Positions 1 through 12,071 of a stretch of DNA of 64,000 bases are shown in pieces. Every line of letters starts with the position of its first letter. Within the stretch, counting starts at the first letter, position 1. The stretch is from Octopus sinensis (lineage: Eukaryota): NCBI RefSeq assembly GCF_006345805.1, contig NC_043002.1, forward strand, positions 61,380,001 through 61,444,000, given 5' to 3'. Both the position numbers and the translations under genes were made by a program. Under the pieces are notes generated by a model that saw only the letters and a program-made list of their open reading frames with translations, had not been told where the DNA came from and did no database searches.

Positions 1-53
1 ACATGTCCGAATTTCTAATAGTTACATGGATTTGGAGATATTGTCTAGGTAAA

Positions 54-480
54 TTTTAATAACACACTTTTTCTTACCAAGCAGTCGTTTGCTCTGAAGA
101 AAAACATCATTTGAAGTCAACATTGATTATCCAGACGTAATTTTACATTTCATTTAGGTCATCATGTACCATTGCAGTGATATCTGCCAGATATTCGATG
201 TCATGCCTGGTTAAGTAGTCATGGCTGGTATCAATGATTTCAATTGAGTGTGGGATGTTGGAGGAGTTCACTGATGAAGATGCTCTTTATATTGGTGTAG
301 CAGCTATATGATAATATTAATTGAGCGTCTCTTCTAAATCATATAAGTATTCTTTTCTGGGAAAATGAATAAAACTCTCTATTGTCCAATGCCTTGTAGA
401 ACACAGAGGGGTTTTGACAAAAATTCCATACAATAGAAATAAGAATTAATAATTGTTAAATTAAACTCCAAATACGATCA
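54..480. repeat. 3' flank of GPCR A, paralogous to 3' flank of GPCR B (about 13737-14200)
   Basis: Shared colinear text, e.g. ttttaataacacacttttt and atcatttgaagtcaacattga...catttcatttaggtca, shows the gene was duplicated with its flanks. Confidence 0.75.
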
Positions 481-572
481 TGTTGATAATAAAAGTAGAA
501 TTATGAATATGTGTCTCTATAAGTGTGTGAGACTGAAAATATTACGTATATATATATATATATATATATATC

Positions 573-609
<37 letters not shown>

Positions 610-737
610 GTGTGTATGTTTGTGTATGTTTATGTGTGTATGTGTGTGTGTGACTGCGTGCTTGTTTAGAAATATTTAGATATAGTTAACAGTATTGAAA
701 ACTTAAGAAGTAACTATAATCGAAACGTGTTTAATTA

Positions 738-1661
738 TTATAATTTTGTCTCAATATAATACATATTGCATCTATTGGTTCGGCTATGCTTCTTCATACA
801 CATACGCTTCACATTTTCCCGAAACTTGTTACTCACTATGAAATACATGATAAAATTAACACAGTTATTCGTCAGGGATAGCGTCTCCAAAATTCTGTAA
901 GTGGTATCAACATTGCAAGCCATAAATATTGTAGCCAGGATATAGATGGTAGGAGGAAACGTTGTTAACAGAAATACAATATTTATAGCAAGTACGATAT
1001 ACATTGAGTTCGTATTTCGTGTAGCACGGCTTCTATGAGAATTCTGACCGAGTTTCGGTCGACTGAATAATTTATAAATTAATATAATAGAGCTTAAAGC
1101 TAAACACGCTGCAGGTACCAAGGAATAGAAGACCATAGTGATTGCGAAAGAATAGGTGGGATTAGGTGTTACAAAAAATAGCATACATTCTGCAAAAATA
1201 TCAATGACAAGAAGAGGAAACATTACAATGCATGGGGGAACATTTCTTGTAGAAGAGAGTCGTGAAAATGGGCAATATACCGCCAACAAACGTTCAACAG
1301 AAATAATGACGGTGATCCAGGAAGAATACGTAGATAAAATATCAAGGATGATAATTAAGATGGTATTTTCAGTCAAGTTTGTAACTGTTCGCGTAAAATC
1401 CAAATTACACGATATCCAGATATTTCTTATACAAGTGGTCAAGATTAGAAAAGTATCGACAATAAGAAGGCAGAGAAGATATGGATTAATCTTACATTTC
1501 GGGATGGATTTGCTGCAAAATATTACTATCGTGGTTACATTACCGATAGTTCCAAAAATTAACAAAACTATTGATACATAACACACAGAAAGGATGGCAG
1601 AAATACTTGTTGTATTATGTTCGAGGGTACAGTTTATAAATATGCCGCTTTCTGTAACCAT
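738..1661 (-). CDS. Class A (rhodopsin-like) orphan 7TM GPCR, paralogue A, 307 aa, intronless CDS
   Basis: Open from ATG 1661 (MVTESGIFINCT) to stop 738. Seven hydrophobic segments with GTIGN (TM1), YLLCLLIVD (TM2), SSWITVIISVERLLAVYCP (TM3, DRY-like ERL), VFLLTTFP (TM6), NNCVNFIMY (TM7). The ORF-track extension is an (ATT)n tract starting at a TTG. Confidence 0.85.
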   Translation of the reverse strand: MVTESGIFINCTLEHNTTSISAILSVCYVSIVLLIFGTIGNVTTIVIFCSKSIPKCKINPYLLCLLIVDTFLILTTCIRNIWISCNLDFTRTVTNLTENTILIIILDILSTYSSWITVIISVERLLAVYCPFSRLSSTRNVPPCIVMFPLLVIDIFAECMLFFVTPNPTYSFAITMVFYSLVPAACLALSSIILIYKLFSRPKLGQNSHRSRATRNTNSMYIVLAINIVFLLTTFPPTIYILATIFMACNVDTTYRILETLSLTNNCVNFIMYFIVSNKFRENVKRMCMKKHSRTNRCNMYYIETKL

Positions 1662-1712
1662 TATTACAAATTTTCGGCAATTTTGGCAATAGTAAATAAT
1701 TATTTCTAAGCT

Positions 1713-1908
<196 letters not shown>

Positions 1909-2153
1909 CGATTCAAAATTCTGGCACAAGACCAGAAAAATTTGGGCAGGGGTTAAGTTGATTACATCTATCTCAACTCTCAACTGTTACTGATTTTATT
2001 TACCACGAAAGGATGACTTGCAATGTCGACCTCTGTGAAATATTATCTCAGACCATTAAGGTGTAAGAAATACCAATATGCACATTGGTAGATTGTCCTG
2101 TGTGCTATCGCATTTTCCAGCTTTCAATACTTATAAATATAGTAGTAGTAGTA

Positions 2154-2216
<63 letters not shown>

Positions 2217-2218
<2 letters not shown>

Positions 2219-2596
2219 AATAGAAATATTGAAATAGAAATCAGCAAAATGTGGAACCTGAAGACTAAAAGAATACCTGTTGTCATAGGTGCCCTGAGAA
2301 TGATAGCAAAAGGCGCTGATTGCTACTTAACTCAGATACCAGGAAATCCGAAAATGGCAGGAATTCAAAAGATAGTGCTCATGGGAACTGCTCATATCCT
2401 CCGCAAAATACTTTCTATGTAATCTCAAGGTTTAAAACAAACATTTTTTTTAGACATCCACTAGTACAACACAAAAAACAACCAAATATATGGCATACTA
2501 GGCATAACAAGAACGTGAACTTCCAACCTGTTGTCTCTTGAGGTCTCTGGGTGAGACTTGGAGCCAACTTGTACAAATATAAAGCAAGAGTCAAAC

Positions 2597-2598
<2 letters not shown>
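2217..2598 (+). mobile_element. R4/Dong-like (RLE) LINE 3' end, flanked by (TAA)n
   Basis: EIEISKMWNLKTKRIPVVIGALRMI...QKIVLMGTAHILRKILSM* then 3' UTR and (AAT)n tail. Homologous to 61195-61548. Confidence 0.75.
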
Positions 2599-2645
<47 letters not shown>

Positions 2646-2699
2646 TAATTATAATATTTCTTATTATATAATAAAAACACAGATAAAGTTTGGGGTGGC

Positions 2700-3442
2700 T
2701 TTACTTGTACATCTGGCGTTTGGTTTTGCGGTAGCAGTACCTAACATTCTCAATAAAATTTAAAACAAGATCATTGCCTTGCAAAGAGAAAGCAGAATAG
2801 TCCTTGGAACTCAGGGAAAACTTAGTAAAATTCTTGAAAATTGAGAGTGCTTCCCAAGCCATTTTCTGTTTGTACATCTAATAGAGGTATTACACCACCA
2901 GGAACGGATGATGTGTGCACACAGCAACAAAACCAACAACAGCAAAAACAATAATAACATTAATAGCATAATAATAATTATATAAATCTGTGTGTACTTT
3001 TTTTTCTCTGCAGGCATGTGTATGTCTGCACATATTGTTACATGGTGGATGTGCGTGTGTATATATATATATATATAATTATGCTATTTGTTGAAAAAAC
3101 ACAAGGACGAATACTTTAGATTGTTTTATCAAGTGTTTGCTGTCCTAAATGCCTGGTGTTGGGGCATAGCATGTTACACTAAGGATCACAAAATGAATAG
3201 CTTGATTTCCCAAAAGTACAGTGTGCGCTGTTCTGAAGGAAAGCATTTCGTTTCACGGTTCTTCATCTCAATCCGCTGTAAATATGTAAATCTGAGACGG
3301 GTTAGGAAATGTTGGCAGGAACGCTCAGTCAGCATTACAGCCTTATTTGAAAGCAAAACTACTTTAGCAAAATTAGTCACGAATAAATATTCCAAATTCA
3401 TGTGAAATAATAATTCCGGGAGAAATAAAATCACTAACCGAA

Positions 3443-3499
<57 letters not shown>

Positions 3500-3900
3500 T
3501 ATAATATTATATTGTATATTATATGTGTAAGACAGTAGGTATCATCGTCTTTACTTAAATCCGTTCAGATTCATTGAGATATCTGGAAGATATTGGATAA
3601 GTTCAGCAAAATTCAATGTGCAGAATAGAATATAAAATGACTATAACATTGAAACCATTGTATTTTTACTGATAAAATATATACACGTTGATGGCAGAGA
3701 TTTAAATGGCGATCCAGAAGTCAATGTTGAATTTTATAGTTAGCATTAGAAAAGTGATGACATTATAACTGCACGTTTATTTATATAATATATCGACATA
3801 TAAATCAAAGACGTGGTTTTCAATATACTGAATTATCTTTCCTTAAATGAAGCCGGCTCTGTCCATATAATCTATATAATTGTGTTTTAACAATGTAGAA
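2700..3900 (-). promoter_or_regulatory. Conserved non-coding upstream block of GPCR A (candidate 5' UTR exon/promoter)
   Basis: Colinear homologues upstream of B (15660-17100) and C (28400-29740), weaker upstream of D (about 36740-37130), and at 24520-25070. Example core: ctgagacggg..gaaatgttggc..cagtcagc..acagc. Confidence 0.5.
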
Positions 3901-4037
3901 GCAGACCCACACACACAAACGTTAAGACGACACGTATACGCACATAAGCTCGCACGCAGACACCTAACTCCCAACAACACATATATATATATATATCAAT
4001 ATACATCATGTGTATGTACGTATGTATGTATGTATAA

Positions 4038-4111
<74 letters not shown>

Positions 4112-4174
4112 ATATTGTATTAAAATATACTGCATCATTTTTTTACTCCTCAATATAATCTTTACAACCTTTTA

Positions 4175-5251
4175 TCTATGTATATATAAAACTGAGAATG
4201 TGTGTGTGTGCGTGTGTTTGCGTGTGTGTGTGTGTGTGTGTATGAGAGTGTGTGTGTTTGTGTCTGTCTGTGTGTTTCTCTAAAACTTGAGAACTGCACA
4301 ACCAATTTCATTCAAATTTTACACATGCCTTACTTAGGGTCTGAGGAGTGTCATCGGCAAAAAACATTTTAAACGTTTTGCCTAGGGCGAGCCCACAGCA
4401 GTATCATATCTTCTCCACTACGATTCCCCAAAACTTGAGAACCATACAACCAATTTCATTCAAAGTTTACACATGCCTTACTTAGGGTCCATGTAGTTTC
4501 ATGGGCAAAAATAAAATGTTCAACTTCTTGCCCAGAGCGAGCCCATAGCAATATCATATCTTCTCCACTATTTCAGTATTACATATTAAAAGTGAATCAA
4601 AACATTTCTCTATTTTATGTCAGATGCTTTCACTTTAACAATAAAAATAATAATAACAATTGAATTATATGTAGTAAGTAATAATTAAAATGAAACTAAA
4701 GTATAATATAATCGTAACATAACAAAAGTAAAAATAGCAATTGGTATAAAATTGCATCAATGATTTGAACTTGAATAAGTGGTTTCCAGCAGTTGAGGTA
4801 GGCTGGATTGTAGCCACACTTCTAAACAAGAGGAAGGACAAGATACAATTGATCGAAATTGCAGGAGACGGGCTTACAATTACAGTCTGTTATATATTTT
4901 GAGTATTGTTATCACTAGCGATATCAAGATATAACTTTGTATTTTGTATTTTATGTGTAGATGTATATATATATATACATCTACATCTATACATCTACAT
5001 ATATACATCCTTTCAAAACCGTTGGCAATTTTTTTCCCTCTGTCTTCCCTTCCCTTGATCTTTCCTTCTCCTATGTTTCCGACGAAGACCTCCGCTCGAA
5101 GCGTTAAACCCTCCTTCTTTCCTTCTTTCCTGAGCGTCCAATAATACTATATTTGTTCCACGTCTTCGCGTTGTTGTGTTTCTTTTTGTGCTTTCTTGTT
5201 TGGGTTAACTTTATATATATATATATATATAATATATATATTATATATATA

Positions 5252-5289
<38 letters not shown>

Positions 5290-5376
5290 AGATGTACATG
5301 TAATATGTACACATATATATACACAAATACACATGCACTAGCACTATGACCCGGCAACGAGGGGTCATGATGCTAG
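4175..5376 (+). mobile_element. Non-autonomous Helitron-like element with internal duplication and nested Penelope-derived fragment
   Basis: A|TC 5' end, 3' hairpin (TGACCC GGCAACGA GGGGTCA) and CTAG|T end. Inverted paralogue at 37822-38535. Confidence 0.7.
5020..5210 (+). repeat. Penelope pLTR-derived dispersed repeat with decayed minimal HHR motif
   Basis: Homologous in reverse to 32885-33095. Motif CCGACGA-A-GACC-TCC-GCTC-GAAG-CGTT at about 5075-5109. Confidence 0.5.
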
Positions 5377-8300
5377 TAAACATTTAATTCTAATTCTCTG
5401 ATCTCTTTACACATCATTACTTCACAACAAACACCTTTTATTTACGTATTTCTTTGCTCCTTGTTTTGCCGTTCGCACATTTCTACGTGCTATTAATATT
5501 CTTGTTATGTGTATTGGTACTTACATGCGGGATCAACTGTTCAGACTTGCGAATATATGTACCCATCAATTGGTTATCATTAGAATATATTATATATTAT
5601 AATAGTTTGAGTACATGGAGGTGTATACTTAAGTGGTTGGAGGATGCGTGCGAGAGCTCATACGTATATGTGAGTGTACATACGTGTATATGTATAGACA
5701 TACATACATCCCCTGGTGCCTTCGTCCCTTTCTTTCTCTCTCTCTTTGATTCCTTTCTCCCTGCTTTTCTTTTTCTTTCTCTTTCTTCCGTGCTCTCACG
5801 TGACCGCATTCAAACCGGTCTTTTCGGCTTGACCGCTGCCATGTTAACATTTGTTTTCGTTTTGCCGCAAAGGCATTTTTCAAATACGCCAGCCAAGATA
5901 AGTTAAAAATTGTCTTAAGTCGTAAGACGCCCGCTGTTTTTGTCCTGCTTACCATTCTTGTTTTTTATTTCTATTTTTTGTTTCTTGTATTTATATTCGT
6001 GTGGCATCCTGTCTTTGTTTCGTATACATTCGATCCTCTTTCCAAGAAATCCAATGCCTGTGGCTTAGTTTTTCATTGGGGCTGGCCGGTTCGGAGTGAT
6101 ATCGAGATTAAACAGCCGAAATTGCTAAGATGATCCGGTTCCGACTGAAGATTAGAGGCTTCGAGTCTGTTTTTTTTTGTGTCGTCTCTTTGTGTGTTTT
6201 TGCGTTCTTGTCCCACTTTCTAATTTATATTTTATATTTAATTTCTATACATACATACATATATATATATATATATTTAGATAAGCGTATGCATACGCAT
6301 GCATATGTATGTTAAATATTTTCTTGTTTACTGTTTTAGGCCCCCTTAAAACAAGCATCCTTATCCCCTTCATTTATTTATTTATCTTACCCCACAAAAC
6401 AGTTTCAATTGCTAGCCTTTTGTTTTTCAAATTCAACTTTCAATTTTCTATTTTCTGTTTCCTGCTCGGCAACCACTTATCAAAAATAGACTTACCCGAC
6501 TCTGCATTTAGATTTGGTGTTATTCTATACACCTGCAAAAACTTTGTCATATTTGTATCTTGAAAGTTTTCCCGTCTGGTCTTCCTTAGGGTTCCCTTGA
6601 ATGTGTCAACGAATCCTTCCGCTAACACATTTGACCTTGGATGGTATGGCAGAATTAACACGTTTCATCTGAACCGACTTACAGAATCTTTCAAACTCCT
6701 TCACCGTGAATTGTGTCCTTTATCTGACATGATCGTATCTGGCACTCCATAAGTCAATGCTCACACTTGTAATGGGGCTTGAACATTTACACACTTCAGG
6801 CCATTTGGAATAGTTATCCACCACAATGATATAATGAGAACCATTTATTGGCCCTGCGAAATGTAGTCTAGACCATGCCGAATCCGTATTTCGCTACGGC
6901 TGAATCAGCACTGGAGGTGCCTTTGCTGTCATAGCGCATCCCCTACACTTTTTTTTACCAGTCTCTCAATTTGCTTGTCCATATTCGGCCAATAAATGTA
7001 ACTTCTCATAAGGCTCTTCAACCGGGCAATCCCCGGATGTCCTAATACTCTGTTTTGCAGTGATCCAGGCATTACCACTCTTTGTGCATATAATAATACC
7101 TCATCACGCACTGAATAGTGCTTTGCACCTACGGTCCGCTCATTTATATTTTTCGTGTTACTCAACATTTTAAAATCTTATTTATGAATCTATCATTTCC
7201 CGATTTCGATTTAATTTCTTCCAGCGTTACCGGCAAATCACGTACTGCATTGCACAAAATGTTCTTCGGTTCCATCTCTAGTTTTAACGATGCAATCACC
7301 GTGTCTTCAAAAGGTTCCTCATATTTTGGAATTAACCTAGACAACCGTCTGCGTGTCCCTTTTTCATTGATGGCAAAAACTCAATCTGGAAATCGTAGTT
7401 CAACAGAGTAGTCCCCCAGCGCTGTAAACGGTTTACTGAGTGCATTGGGATACCCTTTTTCGAACCGAAAATAGACAATAACGGTCGGTGAACCGTTTGC
7501 AGTGTTAATTTCCTCCCATGTAAGTATTTATGGAATTTTTTTTACTGCGAAGATTAATGATAACGCCTCTTTTTCAATCTGGCTGTAGTTTCTTTCCGCT
7601 GGTAATAGAACTCTCGATGCATGTGCAATAGCTTTGATTTTACCATCATTATATTTATGCAATATCACAGCTCCTATACCACATTCACTGGCATCCAATG
7701 CCACGATTATTTTCAGAATTGGGTCGAAATGAGTTAAGGTTAACTCAGATGTAACCGCTTTTTTAATTCCTCGAATGATTTCTGACATTCGTTTGTCCAG
7801 CTCCATTTCGAGTCCTTCTTTAGCAACTTATTCAACGGAGCTCTTAGCTCATACATTTTAGGTATGTACAACTGGTAATAACTTACGAAACCTAAAAATC
7901 CTTGTAGTGTTGTTTTGTTAGTGGGAGCAGGCATTGTTTTTATCGCGTCGATCCTAGAAGGCTCCGGTTTTCGTCCGTTTTCATCGATCACCAATCCTAA
8001 GCACTATAATTTTGTCAAGAAAATTTCACATTTTTCTTCCCTTAGTTTGAACCCGTGATCACATATTCGTTTGAAAACCTCTTCTATAAGTTCAATATGT
8101 TGGTCTCTTGATTCACTTTTGATCAGTATGTCATCCAAGTATGGGCTCGCGAACTCACAATCTGCTAGCATAGTACCCATCACTTGCTGATATATTGCTG
8201 GTGTGAACTTTAACCCAAATGGCAGTCTTTTGAAACGTTACAGACCTTTATGAGAATTGATTGTTATTACTTTAGCACATTCTTCATCTACCATTAATTG

Positions 8301-9285
8301 GAGGTAGGCCTCTGACAAATCAGCTTGGAAAAAATTTCCTACCATTGCACTTAGCAAATATTTCTTCTGTGTTTGGAAGAGGATAATTGTAAGTTTTAAA
8401 CAATCATTAAGACGAATTGAGAAGTGCGCACATATTCTTATCTCGTTGTTCTTTTTTATATATACCGTAGGAGCCGCTAAAAGGAGTTTATTTTTTCAAT
8501 TACTTCCATTTTTTTCCAATCGTTTTAATTCCATCTCAACTTGATTTAACGCCGCAAAAGGTACATTCCTTTTTGGTTTGAACACCGGCACCGCATTTTC
8601 TTTCAACTCAAAGTGCACTTCAATTCTTTTAAACATACCGAGTTCTTTCGAAAAAATATGAAGGTACGTCTTTTTCAATTTTAATTTCATTTCTCCGATG
8701 CTTTCTCTGACATGGAATGTGACGCATTCACTTTGTTACCTAATGTATTCAGTGATAGATCCCCAAGGTCGAATTCTTCCATTAAATATGTCCCGAACAG
8801 ATTCATTGTATTCTTAGATACCATTAGTTTACATTTCCGCGTCGTGTTATTAAGTTTTATTTCTGGTGAAATTTCGCCCCAGAATTGAACTCCCTGGCAC
8901 ACCGTAGGCTATTCTAGTATTTTTTTTTTTATTCAACAGCCTGCCTATCTTACTCTATGTTGCCGTATTTATTATCGATATGTCTGAACCGGTATCTAAT
9001 TGCATTTTGGTCTGAAACCCATTTATTTCTACCAATACAAATTTTCGGTTTTGTCTGGTATAATTTACTTTTGTTGAGTAGACTTTCTTCTGTTTTATCA
9101 TTTTCTTTGACCGGCATTTCGTCTGTATATCTCCAATTTTACCACACTTAACACAGGTTTTATCTTTCCTCAAATGTCGATCTCCGCAACCATAGCACCG
9201 TTTTAAATTTAACTTTTTCTTCTTTCTGTACTTTCTTTACACATTTCTACATTATTATTCTTGTCTTCTATCTTTCTTGTATCAT

Positions 9286-11363
9286 CGGGCGGCATGTGCA
9301 GCATCAGTACCATGCAAGTACAAAAACACACCCAATAGTGCAATTTGGGAGACTGCAGCAGTCCGACTTGCCAGGAAAGGACGCCGTAATGCTGAACAGG
9401 AATACAAATTGCACAAATCAGAGATCAACAGGAAAAAGAGCAATAGATCAGCCAACCACCCCAAGCAGGTGACAAAAAAGGCAGTGCTTGATTTCGATCA
9501 ACGCATAGCAACCAACCTCGACAGTAAAGTGTTCTGGAAGTATGTGCAATCAAAGCAAAGACCTCACTCTCCACTTGGTCCCCTTCGCAATCCCCACACA
9601 CTCAGATTACTGGCAACCCCAAAGAATGTGCAGAAATCATTGCCGGATGCTATGCAGGCATCTTTACTGTCAAATATCAAAATGTTCCATCTTCATCACC
9701 TCTGACACCGGACTCTATATCTACTATGAAATTTCACCAGCAATGCTACAACGCCACCTTAAGAATAAATGCAACTATGCCTCTCCTGGTCTCGATGGTG
9801 TTACATACCTACTTCTCAAACGCGGTGGATACATTCTTCTAAACCAACTTTCCCTATTCTTCCAATTCCGTCTTGACAATGGTGTTACTCCAGAGCAGTG
9901 GAAAACTGCCAGTGTTATCCCTCTGTTCAAAAAAGGTTACCACACATTGCCTGTCAACTATCGCCCCGTTAGTCTTACTAGCTGCATCGCCAAACTGATG
10001 GAATCCTGTGTCAGGGAAACTTTCTGGAACTTCTGGAAGTCTCACAGCCTCATCCAGCCGTCACAATTTGGATTTATTCCTAACTCCAGCTGCTGTAATC
10101 AACTCAAATCCCTGATCGCGGATCCTAGGTGGATGTTGTTTACCTGGACTTCGCTGAGGCTTTTAACTCTGTGCCACACAAAATACTTATGGTGAAACTC
10201 TCTGCGTTGGGTGTAAGATACGATCTCTATAACTGGTTGAAATCCTTTATTATTGGCCGAAAAAAGGTTGTCACAGTTCTAGGACAGCACTCTTCACCCT
10301 ATGAGATGACATCTGGTGTACCAAAGAGATCAGTTCTTGGCCCCTTTTATTTGTTGCATATGTTAATGACATAGATGCCAACTTAATGAATGCAATAGCG
10401 CTGAAATATGCAGATAACATCAAGCTGTACCTCGAAATAAAGAGGTCAGATACTGTACACCATAGATATCTATTGCAATCAGACCTAGACAAAATACAGC
10501 AGTGGATCATGGACTGGCAACTCTAGATGGCCGTGGACAAATGTACCACCATGCATTTTGGGAGGAAAATGCCAGCGTCTACATACTCTCTCCACAACAC
10601 TAATCTCAAAAAGTCTTCGTGTGAACGTGACCGGGGCGTTATTGTCGACAGTGATTTGCGTTGGACACAGCACATCGCTAAAATTGCCAAGAAGGCTGGG
10701 GGTGTCTTGGCATCACTCACCAAGTCCTTTGTGAGCCGCTCTCCGGCTATCTATATGCGGCTTTATATAGCTATGGTACGACCTCACCTGGAATTTGCAT
10801 CACCAGTCTGGAACCCCTATCTTGCTCAGGATATTAATCGTCTGGAAGCCGTTCAGTGACGTGCAACCAAGAGAATACCCTCCGTCAGGCATTTGCCATA
10901 TTCTGAACGCCTTACTTCCCTGGGCATGGACACATTGAAACTCCGACGTCTGGCAGCTGACTTGGCAGACACCCATAAAATTATTAACCATCTTACAAAC
11001 AATAACTCTGAGCACCTTTTCAAACTCCACCTGTCTAACACCCGTGGACATGGTTACAAAGTCAGAAAACAGCACAGCTCCCATGACTTTCGGAAACATT
11101 GTTTCACGCTAAGAGTTGCTGGAGCATGGAACAGACTGCCGGCATCACTTGTTAGTTGTCGGAGCACTGCATCCTTCAAAACTTCCATGCTTCCTGAGAT
11201 TCGCCAACACTACACCTGATTTTCTCCCCTCCATACACACGCAAGCATGTATCTGACTCATACACGGTTCGCTTTCCAGACACTTGTACATCACTGCATA
11301 TACTTTATATGCACTTTTTGACAAGTTGTGGTGCACCTGAGCACTGTATACAATAATTTCATT
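9286..11363 (+). mobile_element. 5'-truncated CR1/Jockey-group LINE inserted in Gypsy gag
   Basis: SPGLDG, QFGFIPNSSC, DVVYLDFAEAFNSVPH, GVPKRSVLGP, YADN, RPHLEFASPVWNPY, TRGHGYK, frameshifted. The gag text QQIIKI..DTRKIEDK rejoins across the insert. Confidence 0.9.
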
Positions 11364-12004
11364 ATATTTTTATTATTTGTTGGCATTCCTCAACCACATT
11401 CTGCAAAGTGAGTTTCACATCTTGATTCAACTTTGATAATATTCTTTTTCTAATTTCCGCATCTTCCGTTGCCACTAGTCCTTTAACAAATATTAGGCAC
11501 TTGAACGTATCTGGCGTTAATTCTTTAAGTTTAAACCTTTCGCAATCCTTATTAACAATACCGGCATATGTTACAAAATCATTGGACTCGTTTTTCTTTA
11601 AATTTAAACATTCCCATCGAATGTTAAACTGCGTACTTTTCTCGCTAAAAATATTACTCAAAATATTTATCGTTTCATCAAAACACAATTCCGCAGGCTT
11701 TCTAGGCAAAATAGAGTTACAAAATCTTTCGTGTTCCGGAGTAGCAAGCTTTCGCAAAAGGAAAGCTTACCTTTCTTTCACTAGGTCCATCCTTTGCACT
11801 CCTCTCGCAATATGTCTTCGTATCGTCTGTAATATGCAGCAAAAGTAGTTTCTTCGGCGGAATTTGCATCACTATCTGCTGAAAATGATTCTGTCGTATT
11901 TCTCGACTGCAGTAACAATTCTGTTAACTTCTGTAGTTGCTGCTGCTGTTGTTGTTATTTTACAACTGCTTTCAGTAACTCTTTCATTTCGGTACTATTC
12001 GAAA

Positions 12005-12071
12005 CCTCGTCGCCACTATTATGTCGCAATGCTATACAGTGGCTGTGTGAGCTACGAAATCCTCGTCGCCA
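12005..12071 (-). promoter_or_regulatory. Duplicated tRNA primer-binding site of the Gypsy element
   Basis: TGGCGACGAGG at 12005-12015 and TGGCGACGAGGAT at 12059-12071, complementary to the 3' end of metazoan tRNA-Ser(GCU). Confidence 0.7.

Noticed and set aside
260-300. CTGATGA matches here and at about 30155, 42305, 48012, 56255 and 60146
   Set aside because: No suitably placed GAAA, stems and NUH site, so not called as ribozymes.
1156-1581. 141-aa plus-strand ORF
   Set aside because: Antisense shadow of the GPCR A CDS.
6200-6340. 3' LTR of the Gypsy element
   Set aside because: A polypurine-like tract is present, but no match to the region beyond the PBS (12075-12400) was found.
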